A stretch of DNA of 63,908 bases, filler included, from Octopus bimaculoides (lineage: Eukaryota): NCBI RefSeq assembly GCF_001194135.2. It is 8 parts of 8 records of this genome, joined end to end, with 100 filler letters (N's around TTAATTAATTAA, not from the genome) between each part and the next. Parts side by side here need not be neighbours in the genome. Positions count along the whole stretch, not along the records: positions 21,575 to 42,598 come from NC_068990.1; 7 more parts are not named here. One strand, written 5' to 3'. This document shows positions 23,166-36,538 of the stretch, one piece after another (the first letter of the stretch is position 1; every line of letters starts with the position of its first letter). A program made the translations under genes and the position numbers. The notes beneath the pieces are model-generated. The model was not told the DNA's origin. It worked only from the letters and a program-made list of their open reading frames with translations, and made no database searches.

Positions 23166-25224
23166 GACTGGACTACGAAAGTGAGGCCTTTGTAAGTTTT
23201 CTGATGTAAAGGTCGTTGCCATTGGATTTCCTTAATGGATTTTATATTGACGAAGGGAGGCAGCATCCTTGAAACGACCGTAGAGATGGATTCGAATGGA
23301 CTCTTTTCTGGTTACAGCTTTGCCCTTTATTCTTATATTTTTATATTTATATATTTATATTCATATTATTTTAGTTCCGTTACCTTAAATTTTTAGTCGC
23401 TTTTATTATGCATTAATTTAATCCATTTATATTTTCTTCATTCGACTTCACTCGTATCCCTTTTAGGTTTTATCACATTTTATTCGTGTATATGCTTATA
23501 TTTTAAACTATTGGGTTTTACCACTAGGTGTCCTGTTGTTTTAATATATATTTATATTCGACTTATGATAGTATGGGAATGATATAAAGTTGTTTTAACC
23601 AATTGGATTGTTCATTCATCATAACTTTCAATTTATTTCTCCTTTCGCCTCAGTGTCACCTGAGCACTTCTAGCTGCAGTTCTATGTTTATTTTTACTTC
23701 GATTTCACGAAATTACTTTTCGGTTTAATGAAGTTATACAATTATCTTCATATATATATCTAATATATAAAATATAGATGTGTGCCTATTCACTTTTCAT
23801 GCGAAAACGGCTTCACTAATTAGAGCCATACTTGTGATGCATGAATAATTTGACCTCGGACATATAATAGGGTCTTCATTTGATTCTTTCATTAAAAAAA
23901 AAAAAAAAATAAAACATAGTACTTTTTATATTATATTGAAGTCTTTCAAAGATTTTAATATTTTTACTTCCGGTTTCCTAGCCTCAGTGACGTAACATAT
24001 CTCTTTATGTATATCTCTCTATCCATCTCTCAATCTCTAGCTCTATAACATATCTCTCTATCTCTCTATAACATATCTCTCTATCTCTCTATAATATATC
24101 TCTCTATCTATATCTCTTGTTTTCACGTACATTTTTCAGACCCTATTCTTTTCACTTTCAATTTTCATACGCCATTGTTTAACTTCCGTGTTATTGTTTT
24201 CTCTGTAAGTCTAAGTTTTGAATCGCTATTGACAAACAAACAACGACAAATTCCTGACAGAAAGAAGTTCACAATTACTGTTGTAAGTAATTTCATAATT
24301 TACTGACAGAAGTATCTTCCTAAATTTCACTTCAATCCATACGGTCTTGTGTTTTTCTGTTGTTGACGGTTTATTCTGGTTCCTTCGATATCGGCTCTTT
24401 GATTCACTAAGTGACAGATTTCTCTTCAACCCGTACAATACCTTATTTTCCATTAAAATTTCTTATTTACTTCCTGCCCGTCCTATTAAGAAACATAATT
24501 TCCGTTACCAAGTTATTTTCATTGTTTACTATTTTCTGCACTCGTGTTTTTCTTTATACATATATAACCATTCGTAGAAGGAAAGTGTCTAAATTGTCGG
24601 CATAACTGCTGAATTCTGCACCACCCCCAACACAATGTCCATGATCATAACTTTCAGAATAATGGTTATTTTTAAAGAAAAGTTTCTACAAATATGTGTA
24701 ATATCATGTCAATTTCGAATATATAAAATTTTGTGGGGTAACTGTTTTCGGAGGGGGTGGGGATTTTCTGAAAATTCTCCCGAGTCTACTTCAATTCGTG
24801 TTAAATTTCAAGAAAATGTATTTATAAGTCACACACGCACGCGTGTTTTTGTATGTACGTGTGTATACATTTATGTATAGTGTGTGTGTCTGTGTGTGTG
24901 TGAGTGAGTGAAGGGGTGTGTTGTCATGTATTCGTACTTACATAAATACATATACATACATCTTTTCTGTATGTATGTGTGTGTGTGAGAGGGAGAGTGA
25001 TGTCTAACTGGCACTCCCACTCTCTCACACACACGTACACATACATACAAGAAAGATGTACGCCTATTATTTATGTATGCACGTGTATATGACAGCACAC
25101 CCCTTCACTCTCTCTTTCTCTCTCTCTCACACATGCACCTCCGTTTCATCTGTGGTTTGATACTGTATGTATATGTATCTGTGTGTGTATGAGTGTATGT
25201 GCGCGTGCCGTGCAATCGTCAGAA

Positions 25225-25640
25225 AAAACCAGAGGAATTTTCTTTCTTGATGCTCCTGGTTTCACACGTAAAACAGTTGTTACATTACTTATCTCCAAAG
25301 GACGGCAACAACAAAAAACTTGCAGTTGCTGTACCAATGTCTGGCTTTGTTGTTACCATTCTCACAGGAGATCGAACAGCTCATTCTGCTTTTAAATTAC
25401 CGCTAAACCTGGTCACAAGTGACAGTCTAAGTTGTAACATAAGCAAAGATTGAAGTTCAGCAGAAGTGTTGTGCCTTGGCCACCTTATCATTTAAGATGA
25501 ATGCACCATGTCACATAGAGGTGCAATGGAAGCTCTTGGTAACACCTTAAAGGACAACAGAGGCAACAATAAATTTATGGGAGGAGTTACATTAGCTTTA
25601 TCACGAGACTTCAGACAGCCATTACCAGTCATTCTGAGAC
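25225..25640 (+). mobile_element. Helitron PIF1-like helicase fragment
   Basis: FFLDAPGFTRKT (degenerate Walker A), GDRTAHSAFKLPLNL, LII*DECTMSHR (Walker B) and MGGVTLALSRDFRQPLPVI. Confidence 0.85.
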
Positions 25641-26547
25641 GTTCACTAAATTCGGATCATTTAGCTTTGACTTTATTAGCTTCCTCACCCTTCTGATGTA
25701 CTCCTTCTCAATTTTCGTTTTCATTTCTGTAGTTAGTATTCTGTTAGATTCTAATACTCCTAGATACTTATAACGCTCTCCTCCTTTCAATGATTTTAAT
25801 GTCTGGCCATCTGGTAATTGGATGCCTTCGCTGTTGACTACCTGTCCCCTTCTCATGACTAGTATCTATACCAAATTCCATCCATATATCTTTGCTGAAG
25901 AGTCTTACAGTCTATAGTAAGGAGTCGATCTCTTTATCATTCTTACAAAAAAGCTTCAGACCATCCATGTAAAGGAAATGATTAATTTTCCTCTTACTAT
26001 TTCTGAACTGACACTCTGCCTTTGCCTTCCTTAATACTAAATTGAGGGGGATCAAACGTAAGACAAATATTTAAGAGAACAACGAGTCCACCTGGAAAAT
26101 TCCTCTTTTGATTTTAACTTTCCGTAAGAGCGTGTCACCAGAGTAGAGACCTACTTTCCATTTCTTCCTTCTACAGCTAATTAATTCTCTTATGTTGTCT
26201 GCTGTACTGAATATACTCAAACATTCATTTATCCACGAGTGTGGGATCATGTCATAGGCTTCCCTATAATCTATCCATGCTATTGTTAGATTTTTCTTTC
26301 TAGCTTTTACTTCATTTGGAATTGATAATAGACCATGCATTCCTCTAGCTTTATTTCTGCAACCTTTCTGTTCTACTGGCATTAAGTTCTGGTTGTCAAG
26401 GTGCACGTAAATGCTTTCTGAAAGCATACCTATTAACAGCTTCGACACTAATGGTAAGCAAGTGATTGGTCTATAGTTGATAGCTGTATTATCTTTGCTC
26501 TTATCTTTCATAAAGAATATTGTCCTCCCTCTAGTCATCCAATCTGG
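25641..26547 (-). mobile_element. R4/Dong-like LINE, RT-domain fragment
   Basis: PDWMTRGRTIFFMKD...NYRPITCLPLVSKLL...EQKGCR...AWIDYREAYDMIPHSWI...IKRGIFQVDSL, then YKYLGVLES...EYIRRVRKLIKSKLN. Confidence 0.85.
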
Positions 26548-26660
26548 TATTATTATTATTATTATTGTTGTTATTGTTGTTGTTGTTATTATTATTGTGG
26601 TTGTTGCTGTTGATGTTGTTGTTGCTGTTGGTGTAGTTGTTGCTGTTGTTATTGTTGTTA
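26548..26660. repeat. (TAT)n/(TGT)n compound microsatellite at the 5' junction of the Dong-like fragment
   Basis: Direct reading. Confidence 0.9.
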
Positions 26661-27089
26661 TATAATATATCGTCATGTGCACGGTGAACATCAAAATTTC
26701 TCGTTTGACGTAGCAAAACTGCGACAGGCATATTATTATTCAAATATACTGGAAGGAATTAAGCCTGAATATACATGTCATCCTTTTCTTTCTCGTTGTT
26801 TATCATGCGCAAAAATAAATTATTTTCGGTTGTAGATATCAGTACAGATCAGCAAACAATTATATTCGTTGAAGTTATAAATAAGAGCCACAAAATATTG
26901 TCGAATTATTTTGACTCGGATGACTTTGACTGATGTGGCAGAACGATGCCGAACCACCAGGTGTCCCAAAGGCCCCTTGCCCAAATGAATCAAGTGTATT
27001 ATGAACACACATTCGTCTGATAGGAAAAGTTGTTCACCTATGTTGAAACACAACTGCGTTTAGTATATCCACTTTCGAATCTGCCGGAA

Positions 27090-27310
27090 CATATTGGTTT
27101 CAAATTTTGGCATAAGACCAGCAATTTCGGGAGAGGGAATAAGCCGATTCCACCAACACCAGTGATCAACTGGTACTTATGTTATCGAACTTGAAATGGA
27201 TGAAAAACAAAGTCAACTCCGGTGACGTTTGAACTCAGAACTCAAGATTAGAAGAGATGGCCCTGAGCATTATGTCCGATGTGGTAACGATTCTGTCAGC
27301 TCGCCGCGTT
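27090..27310 (-). mobile_element. SINE family A, diverged
   Basis: Reverse complement similarity to family A. Confidence 0.7.
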
Positions 27311-27643
27311 TATCTACCACGACATATTAACTGCGAATATGCAACTCATTGATTTACATATGGGTGTATGTGTGTATGCATGTATACATATGTATGTATG
27401 TATGTATGTAAATATGTATGTATGAATGTATGTATGTATGTATGTATGTATGTATATATGTCTGTCTATCTATGTATAAATATATAAAAAGATAAAGGGA
27501 TAAAGATAAACACGCTAATACACGACTTATAATCCCAAATCCTGTTCATACAACGACTGGGGCAAAACTAGTCGGTATACAGCACTTACTCGGTGTTACC
27601 TGTATCTTTTTGGGTTTGGTTAAATCCAATACCCTCCTCAACC

Positions 27644-27699
<56 letters not shown>

Positions 27700-28376
27700 N
27701 NNNNNNNNNNNNNNNNNNNNNNNNNNNNNNNNNNNNNNNNNNNNNNNNNNNNNNNNNNNNNNNNNNNNNNNNNNNNNNNNNNNNNNNNNNNNNNNNNNNN
27801 NNNNNNNNNNNNNNNNNNNNNNNNNNNNNNNNNNNNNNNNNNNNNNNNNNNNNNNNNNNNNNNNNNNNNNNNNNNNNNNNNNNNNNNNNNNNNNNNNNNN
27901 NNNNNNNNNNNNNNNNNNNNNNNNNNNNNNNNNNNNNNNNNNNNNNNNNNNNNNNNNNNNNNNNNNNNNNNNNNNNNNNNNNNNNNNNNNNNNNNNNNNN
28001 NNNNNNNNNNNNNNNNNNNNNNNNNNNNNNNNNNNNNNNNNNNNNNNNNNNNNNNNNNNNNNNNNNNNNNNNNNNNNNNNNNNNNNNNNNNNNNNNNNNN
28101 NNNNNNNNNNNNNNNNNNNNNNNNNNNNNNNNNNNNNNNNNNNNNNNNNNNNNNNNNNNNNNNNNNNNNNNNNNNNNNNNNNNNNNNNNNNNNNNNNNNN
28201 NNNNNNNNNNNNNNNNNNNNNNNNNNNNNNNNNNNNNNNNNNNNNNNNNNNNNNNNNNNNNNNNNNNNNNNNNNNNNNNNNNNNNNNNNNNNNNNNNNNN
28301 NNNNNNNNNNNNNNNNNNNNNNNNNNNNNNNNNNNNNNNNNNNNNNNNNNNNNNNNNNNNNNNNNNNNNNNNNNNN

Positions 28377-28463
28377 TTTCCTTCCTTCCCCCTCCCAAAA
28401 AGAAAAGCTCTACATTGTATTTGTCCCATCTTCGTTGAGCCCTGTGTGGCTAATAAAAGAAAT
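28377..28463 (+). mobile_element. 3' terminus of a second copy of the Tx1-like LINE (rest hidden in the N gap)
   Basis: AAAGCTCTACATTGTATTT...GCCCTGTGTGGCTAATAAA(A)GAAA matches 5053-5112; flanked by (ATCT)n at 27643-27699 and 28465-28615. Confidence 0.8.
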
Positions 28464-28464
28464 G

Positions 28465-28517
<53 letters not shown>

Positions 28518-28558
28518 GTCTGTCTGTCTGTCTATCTGTCTGTCTGTCTATCTATCTG

Positions 28559-28615
<57 letters not shown>

Positions 28616-29867
28616 ATAGTTTTACCACTTGTTTAATTTATCTCTGTAAAATAGATGCAATGTTCTGCATTGTTAGCAAGAGTCATAAAGGTCATGTTGA
28701 CAATATTGTGTTAATGGAAGTCATACGCAATTTCCACGTGATGCAGCTACTTACATTTGCAAAAGATATATCATCATCGCAATCCACATTTCGTCTATGT
28801 CCGAAGTCATTAAATCTAAATACACAATGATAAATGTCACGTGCCTTACGAATAATCGACCAGTACATAGAGCTATTTGATATCTGATGCTATATATATG
28901 TAATTTCTTATGTGTTTACACAATATTCAATAAAACTTTCTTTTCCTCACTGATGTCTGTCTATAAAGCTATATAGTATAATTTTACTTTAAAACGTTTA
29001 TTGTGCAGATGATAGAACCTCAATGTATCCATATACATACGGATATAGCTCATGTATAATTGTATTTGATGAAGTTGTTTGCCACCCCCCTCCCACATGA
29101 ATGCTCACCCAGGAAGATTTTGAGAAAGTATTTCATCAGTAAGCATTCCGTTTATTTAGAGGGATATCTAAATATCTATGCCTTCTCTGTAAAAAAACAA
29201 CCATGTGATTTAATGAGATTTGGTTGTTTTCTACACGTTCAGCATTCATAATTAGCGGTTGAGAAGTCTCAAAAAATGCCATCTAAGAACTTTCTCATTT
29301 CTCTTGACTGCTAAATTACGTAACGCTATAAAAAAGAAACTGCCAGACTTTAATTATTTTCGATCCACGACATATATCTCGTTCCATAAAATGCAGGATA
29401 TATATATATCTCAGGTTAAATCATACTGATGACTTCTAAGAGGAATGAAATANNNNNNNNNNNNNNNNNNNNNNNNNNNNNNNNNNNNNNNNNNNNNNNN
29501 NNNNNNNNNNNNNNNNNNNNNNNNNNNNNNNNNNNNNNNNNNNNNNNNNNNNTGTGATTACTATTGACAGGAAATTTCAAAAATTCGTAAAAAGTAAACA
29601 AACCATTAAATGTGTGTATTCCATTCAACGTTTTCTTTATTCATTAATTTCAAATTCAAATTTCTAAACCCGCTAGATATCATGAAAAAATAATTATCTC
29701 TCATGTAATAGCTGTAGAGTGAGTGAGAAGCTCTGTTCATTATTATGCCATAAAACACACTATTTTGAGGTGAATTAAATGATCTTATGAGATCTATTGA
29801 AACCGGGCTTAGCTGCTAGTATATATATATTGTGTTTGTACGTTGGCTTCTGCATGCTTGAGTTTGC

Positions 29868-30575
29868 AATCTACTACCACTTGACAACCAGTGTTTGTTT
29901 AGTTACGTTCCTGTACAATAGCAGTTCGGCAAAGAGACGTGCCAGACTTAAAAAATAAGCATCAGTTCTATGGCCATACTGATACATCTTCAAAGCGGTG
30001 CCTTGGTATGGTTTCAATCCACTGAGTGAGAAAAATAAAAGAAAAGAAAAGAAATAAACATAGGCGCAGGAGCGGCTGTATGGTAAGAAGCTTATTTCCC
30101 AACCACATGGTCTCGGGTTCAGTATCACTGCGTGGCACGTAGGTCGAGTGTCTTCTACTGTAGCCTTTGGCCGACCAAAGCTTTGTGAGTAGATTTGGTA
30201 GACGGAAACTAAAAGTAATCCGTCATACATATAAATGTATATATCTATGTGTGTATGTCTTGTCAACTTGTATTGGTGTGTTTACGTCCCCGTAACTTAT
30301 CAGTTCGGGAAAGAAGCCGATAGAATAAGTACTAGGCTTAAAAAAGTAACGCCCGGGGTCGATATGTTCGACTAGAACCCTTAAAGACGGTTCCCCAGGA
30401 TGGTGACAGTCAAATGACTGAAACAAGTAAAAGTTATAGGATGAAAGATATAGGTGCAGGCGTGATTGTGTGATGAGAAGCTTGCGCTGGGGTTGAGTCA
30501 TTCGAGTAGAAATTCTTCATAGCGTTGCCCCAGCATGGCCGCAGACTAATTGTTGAAAGAAGATAAATGATTCAC
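29868..30575 (+). mobile_element. Three head-to-tail SINE family B copies (3' part, full copy 30062-30435, deleted copy 30451-30575)
   Basis: Heads AGGCGCAGGAGCGGCTGTATGG (30062) and AGGTGCAGGCGTGATTGTGTGA (30451) each directly follow a family B tail. Confidence 0.7.
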
Positions 30576-32476
30576 GAACGGATATAATGGTACAGAGTTG
30601 AGAGCAGCATATGTTCCTCGCCTGGAACCCGATTGTAAATTTAGTTCTTAATATAACTTTAAATTTTATAAAGTTTAAAAGTGTGATTAATTTTATGATT
30701 GGAATTGATGACCGCCTCATTTCGTTTATTTTTGGTGTGTTATTATGTAAAATTTCTCTTGGCTTCTGGTAGCTTATTGACACGCCCTCCATTCACCTAC
30801 TTACAGAGCTGCAAATTTTTGAATACTCTACTCCAACCTATACGCAATGTTTAAATTTTTGAATTGCCTCTGGTATGCCTCTAACTCAAGTGGAATACAG
30901 CAATTCTGGATTTTTAGATATGTGCATAAAATCGTCTATAAAACAATTGCTGTACAGCTAATGTATTCTTTCGTTCATGCACATGTAACTGAACTTCACG
31001 TATGTACATCCATCCTCGTTTATAACTGATACATTTATCACCAGGACAACACGGTACGCTGAATTGTGAATCGTGTTAAACTTATCACGAATTCGTGTGT
31101 GAGAAAACAGGTCGGCGATCAGTCAAATATCCTGCTTAGTCCGCAGAAGCATAAGCCAGCGACCAATCACAGTGCTCAGTACAACTTGGGATATCGGAAC
31201 AAAATTTACTTTCCTACGTATTCCATTATTAATTGATAACTTATTCACTTAAAACTGGTGATGCACTATGTTTTTGACCAGACACTTTCTGTGTAATAGG
31301 TAAGCATTTTATTTCCTAGAGTTTCACGTTGTAATTTTATTAGTAGTAGTTATTCCTTTAGAATTAGTAATGTGATCATTATTCGAATTACATTCATTGG
31401 TGCGGATATAGTGTTCATCTCCTCCAAAGGTGTTTGCACGAGAAACTATTGTTTCGATACTTAAAGAGTGATTTATAAGTGTGGCTAACATTAATTATGT
31501 TTAGGGCGAATTCACGTAGGATGGACTTAAGACAAGTCAAGGGCAAATTGTCCTGAGGATGTGTACTATTAATATTCATTTAGTCTTCATTGTATGTTTA
31601 ACTTTAAGAAAACAGAATTTATTAGTAACTGAAATGCTATGAGCTAGGGTTAAACGGTAGAGTACGATAGCTTAACAGTATATTCATTAAATAACTAGTA
31701 TTTATGGTAAGTTGGGAAGATCATTTGTGTAGATACAAGAATATATTCTACATGTTTTTACCTGGAAAGACGTGATTTTTCTATCTATACTTTTCAGTAT
31801 GAAAAGTCATCGTTTTAATTGTTATGCTACGTGTAGCAAAATCAGTACCAACAGTTTCATTCTCGTTATCCTATCTGGTATTGCAACTAATTTTTTTTTC
31901 ATTCCTGGATAATCCTGATAATGTAATCAAATTTCCTCTACTATTCCGTTAATTATGGATCTAGGATGGTTAAATTCTCGGAGTGGGTAGTGCAAGGTTT
32001 CGTTGAGTTTATCGTATAATCCAGAAGAAATGTCAAAGATAACGTGCAGGAAGTAAACATTCTTCTTACAGAAAGATTAAGTTTCTTCAATATTCCACGT
32101 AGCCAGAAAGATTAACTTGGTTCAATATTCCAGAAAGCGTTTCAGCAGATGGGATGTAACTTCCCGCAGTAAGAAAGCATTCGTCCCTATCCTTATACAA
32201 ACCTATCAAAATATGGGAAGCTGGATCTTAACTTAGTTCAGATAAAAACTGACGTGTGTATGTTCCCTTCTTTCGACTTTTCCTTTCTTACTTTCCGGCG
32301 AACAGCTATGCTCGAAACAGCAAAATCTCCCTCTTTTTACCGAGCGTCAAACAGATACATCCCATGTGCACCTCCTCTTGCTGTTTGTTATTCTTATTTT
32401 TAATGTTCGTTTATTCGATTTGACTATATATATATATGTATATACATGTATATGTATATATGTGTTTGAATGTTTC

Positions 32477-32512
<36 letters not shown>

Positions 32513-32523
32513 ATATAGATATA

Positions 32524-32685
32524 TACGAGGTACCTTCAAAAAGTATCCGACTTTATTTTCCCGCCATTTCTGATGCCGCGTGGGCAAAATACTTTGGCTC
32601 GAAGTCGACGCGACCCTTGTTGTGCAACCGGAAAAATGTTCGCGCCGGTAGGCCGCTTCAGTTCCTTGCTGATACGCCTAGAATA
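32524..32685 (+). mobile_element. Mariner-like terminal fragment
   Basis: Begins TACGAGGTACCTTCAAAAAGTATCCGACT, resembling mariner TIRs; flanked by (TA)-rich tracts. No second TIR seen. Confidence 0.5.
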
Positions 32686-32731
32686 CAGATGTGTATACAT
32701 ATGTACGCGCGCGCACACACACACACACACG

Positions 32732-32776
<45 letters not shown>

Positions 32777-32794
32777 CTCCTACTTATATTGCAG

Positions 32795-32891
32795 TCTCGG
32801 CCAATACTTTTGAGACACAATCAATCTGCAGAAGAATGGAAATTATGCAAAGGAACTTATATTGTTTACTTCGTTACACCTATATTTTCAG
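32795..32891 (+). other. Candidate spliced exon of an unknown gene
   Basis: Acceptor ctcctacttatattgcag and a perfect donor CAG/gtaagt; two frames are open; no recognisable homology. Confidence 0.3.
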
Positions 32892-34210
32892 GTAAGTTGA
32901 TATTCCATAACATATAAACATACAACGAATCTTCTTCTCTCTTAAATCTTAGTAACGACAAAATTTGAAATCGAAATCCTCACCATTGAATCCTGAAACG
33001 CAACTTTCTGAATTTTCCGCCCCAGTAACCATTCTCCTCACCATCTATCAATGTTTCAAATAAGCTTTGCAAATTACCAGAAACGTCGCGGAATCTATAA
33101 TCAATACGTAGTGTTTTGTGTATTAACTTTGTCTCATACACTTTACTTTACTTTCCCTTTTCTGCTGTTCATTCTTTCCTCTTATCCGGGCGTTTCTCTG
33201 TGACGATACTCTCAGAATATAGCGTAGCACCATAGCAATGTCTTTTGGTATTTTCGCTTAGCGATCATCTCAAAGATTATTGATCTGTTTTGGCAATTTC
33301 TGTCGAATGAAAAGAGAAATAATTCATTAATGCTTCGACTGGTTTTAAGGAGAATAAAAATGCCATTATTTAACTTGACAGTAGCGTATAACTGAACATA
33401 AGTTTTGGAAACTTATAAGTACAGATTATTTGAAAGAGGAATTGTAAATCGACAACCAGAAAACAACAACAACAACAACAACAACAAGAATAAAGAGAAA
33501 ACAGGAAGAACATCGCCACCCCACTACAAACAAACAAACATAAATGCACCCCCACCAAATAGATTCCGTGCTGATTTTAGGGAAGATAGATAATTCGGAT
33601 AATTTCCGTAGCTATTATTTATTCATCTTTGTTTTGTCTAGGTGTCCACACAAACACACAAACACGTACATGCACACGCACAACGCACACACACACACAC
33701 ACAAACACATACACACACACACAACGCTTATATAGACACACATTCAAACACACACATATCTATCTAACATTTATCACTCTGTTTCTCGGTCTATCTCTCT
33801 ACCTGTCTCTACATATATTTGCTATTCACACACACACACACGTGTGTGTGTGTGTGTGTACGTGTGTTCATGCTTCTGTGTGTGTGCGTTCGTGCATGTG
33901 TCTATGTGTTTGTGTGTGCGTCCATGTGTGGGTGGGTGTGTTTGTATGTATACATATATATAAAACATACACCACACACAGACACGTATATGTATCACCA
34001 GATTGTGGATCAGTTTTGAAATTTATATGTTCAATTCACGGCAAACTGATTTCATAATTTGGTTTCAATTTCTTTCTTTGGAGGTCAAGAAATTACTATG
34101 TAAACGTCAGGCCGATAAATATCAATATATATANNNNNNNNNNNNNNNNNNNNNNNNNNNNNNNNNNNNNNNNNNNNNNNNNNNNNNNNNNNNNNNNNNN
34201 NNNNNNNNNN

Positions 34211-34255
<45 letters not shown>

Positions 34256-34578
34256 GTCTTTTTTACAGACACACACAGACACACACAGACACACACAGCC
34301 ACACACACACACACACACATATACAAGCATTTACGCGTACTTGCACACACACACACACACGTGATTAAGAACATATTTGAGATAAGTGGCATACAGCTTT
34401 TCTATTACAGACGCCTTGTTAATTAATTTAATCGTGCATCTGTCATTAAAATATCCATAGTCTCTCTGTTTGTGTCTGCCTTCTTCCCACTCACATAGAC
34501 ACATATTTGAATGTATGTATGTATGTATGTATGTATGTATGTATGTATGCATGCATGTACGTCTGTGTGTATGTATGT

Positions 34579-35000
34579 CATTATTCAGTGTTATTTCAAG
34601 ACTTTTTGCCAATAGAGAAAGAGCCCGTTCCTAAATTAGACTCCAGGCTCCTTCATTGGAATATCAACACCAACAGGGTATGTTTGTATGTTTGTATGTA
34701 TGTATGTATGTATGTATGCATGTATTTATGTTTGTATATGTGCAGACTTGTATGTTTTATTTTATGTAAGTATTTTTATGCGTATAGTTGCATGTCTAGA
34801 ATGCTCATACATACTTAAATGATAAAATTCTGGGACGTTTTACAGATTTTTACAGTTTTGTAGTATTAGAATCAGCATTCTCCTTTCTGGTTTTGAGAAA
34901 TCTAATTTCTCAAGATTGGCCCTTAGGCAGTGTGTTACACATCCCAGTGCCCCAATAATTACTGGTATAAACCTGAACTTGTAATATGGATTAAGTAACT
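34579..35000 (-). mobile_element. Second 5'-truncated copy of the R4/Dong-like family seen at 1-761, with complete 3' end
   Basis: QLLNPYYKFRFIPVIIGALGCVTHCLRANLEKLDFSKPERR; the 3' UTR segment GAAAGAGCC...CAGGCTCCTTCATTGGAA matches positions 1-46. Confidence 0.85.
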
Positions 35001-35039
35001 GTATGTATGTATTTATGTAAATGTATATGTATATTTTTA

Positions 35040-35640
35040 TAACGGTATTCTGGCAAATTTTGATAATTAGCATATAGATGAAAATAAAACAAAAATGAAG
35101 GGATTCTAAGAAATGAAAATATATCAACTAGATTATGGCTCGGAGGTAACAGTTTACTCAACGTAACTGCGCTCAGCTTCCACTGAAGCTGCTGAATCTG
35201 GAACATGCGTTCCTCACTGTGCCTCTCAGAAGATCTTCGAACGCCCCATTGAACTTGGTCTCCTGCTCGGCCTAAGTGTCGCAGGCAGAACGGTTGGTGT
35301 TTTTCTCAACTGCATTCCACACATAGATATCCGTGGGATTACAATCTGCGGAATCTGGACACCATTGATTTGGGTTGGTGAGGTCGTAGACATTTTCCGA
35401 CAAGCATTTCTAACTTATTTATGGAAGTGTGGCATACTGCCGAATCCTGCTGCAAGACATATAAGCTTCCTGCAGCCACCTTCTCCAGCCAGGGATTGAC
35501 CAGTCTCTAGCAGCTTTACATTGTCATCTGAATTAAGTCCAAAGCTATGTTCAATGATGTGGAGAAATAGAACACACCTGAAATCCACCATAGTTTGGGG
35601 GGAACTTGGTTTTTCATGATGCTATGTCTTACAACCTTTA
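35040..35640 (-). mobile_element. maT/DD37D-like transposase, C-terminal half and 3' end
   Basis: Degenerate IMKTKFPQT...PWLEKVAAG..YV.QQDSA.CHTS...PDSADCNPTDIYVWNAVEKNTNRSAC...VRNACSRF, containing the second and third catalytic D regions. Confidence 0.75.
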
Positions 35641-35643
35641 GAA

Positions 35644-35977
35644 AAGCGGTTCTCAACTGCGGTCCATATGGCCCCTGAGGGCGCATATAACACTTTTGAA
35701 GGTTCGCGCACCGTTGCAGTAAATTGGAAATCCACAAGAGTATTTCAACAGACCCTGAAAAAATTTTGCTTTAGAAGTATGTATTTGTAAGTATTGCAAG
35801 GAACAGCTAAATTTCGTTCTCTAAAAAGTTATAAAGTTCAACCTACACAAGGTAATGTGAGAAAAACAAAGGAATTTTGAAAGAAGTTTCTATAAAATAT
35901 CGAAGAGCTATAGGGGTCTACTAGAATAAAATAATGATCAAATGAGTCTGTAGATAAAAAATGGTTGAGAACCCCTG
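35644..35977. mobile_element. hAT (Charlie-like) MITE
   Basis: TIRs AAGCGGTTCTCAAC / GTTGAGAACCCCTG (12/14 complementary); 8-bp TSD-like flanks CTTTAGAA / CTTTTGAG. Confidence 0.75.
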
Positions 35978-36330
35978 CTTTTGAGTGTTCGCAGAGGATG
36001 GCGTAGCAGTCATGATGTCAGTATTTTGATACCCGGACGCTTTTTTCCACTATTAAAACGGATTTTTGTCTTCCATGTCAGCTAACTTTTTCTCAACTAC
36101 AAATTCACCTAATGCTCTCCAACACCGTTGACTGTTCACCAAGAAAAGAGGCAATCCGTCAACTTATGTATGTATGTATGTATGTATGTATGTATGTATG
36201 TATGTATGTATGTATGCATGCGTGTATGTATGTGTCTAAGTATGCATGTATGAGTGCATGTATTAAGCTATGTATCTATGTTCGTGTGTATGTATGCATA
36301 TATGTATTATATTCTACATATACGTACGTG

Positions 36331-36364
<34 letters not shown>

Positions 36365-36416
36365 ATATATATACACGTATATAAATGCATGTATATATTA
36401 ATAAATACCTACACAC

Positions 36417-36481
<65 letters not shown>

Positions 36482-36505
36482 CATACATACATACATACAC
36501 ACGTG

Positions 36506-36538
<33 letters not shown>

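Noticed and set aside
26940-27020. Minus-strand FGQGAFGT resembling a kinase glycine-rich loop
   Set aside because: It is followed by PGG rather than V, with no downstream AxK motif or other kinase exons.
32069-32132. 35-nt tandem duplication (ERLSFFNIP / ERLTWFNIP) suggesting a peptide-repeat precursor
   Set aside because: The copies are in different frames with stops and no dibasic sites; a simple local duplication.
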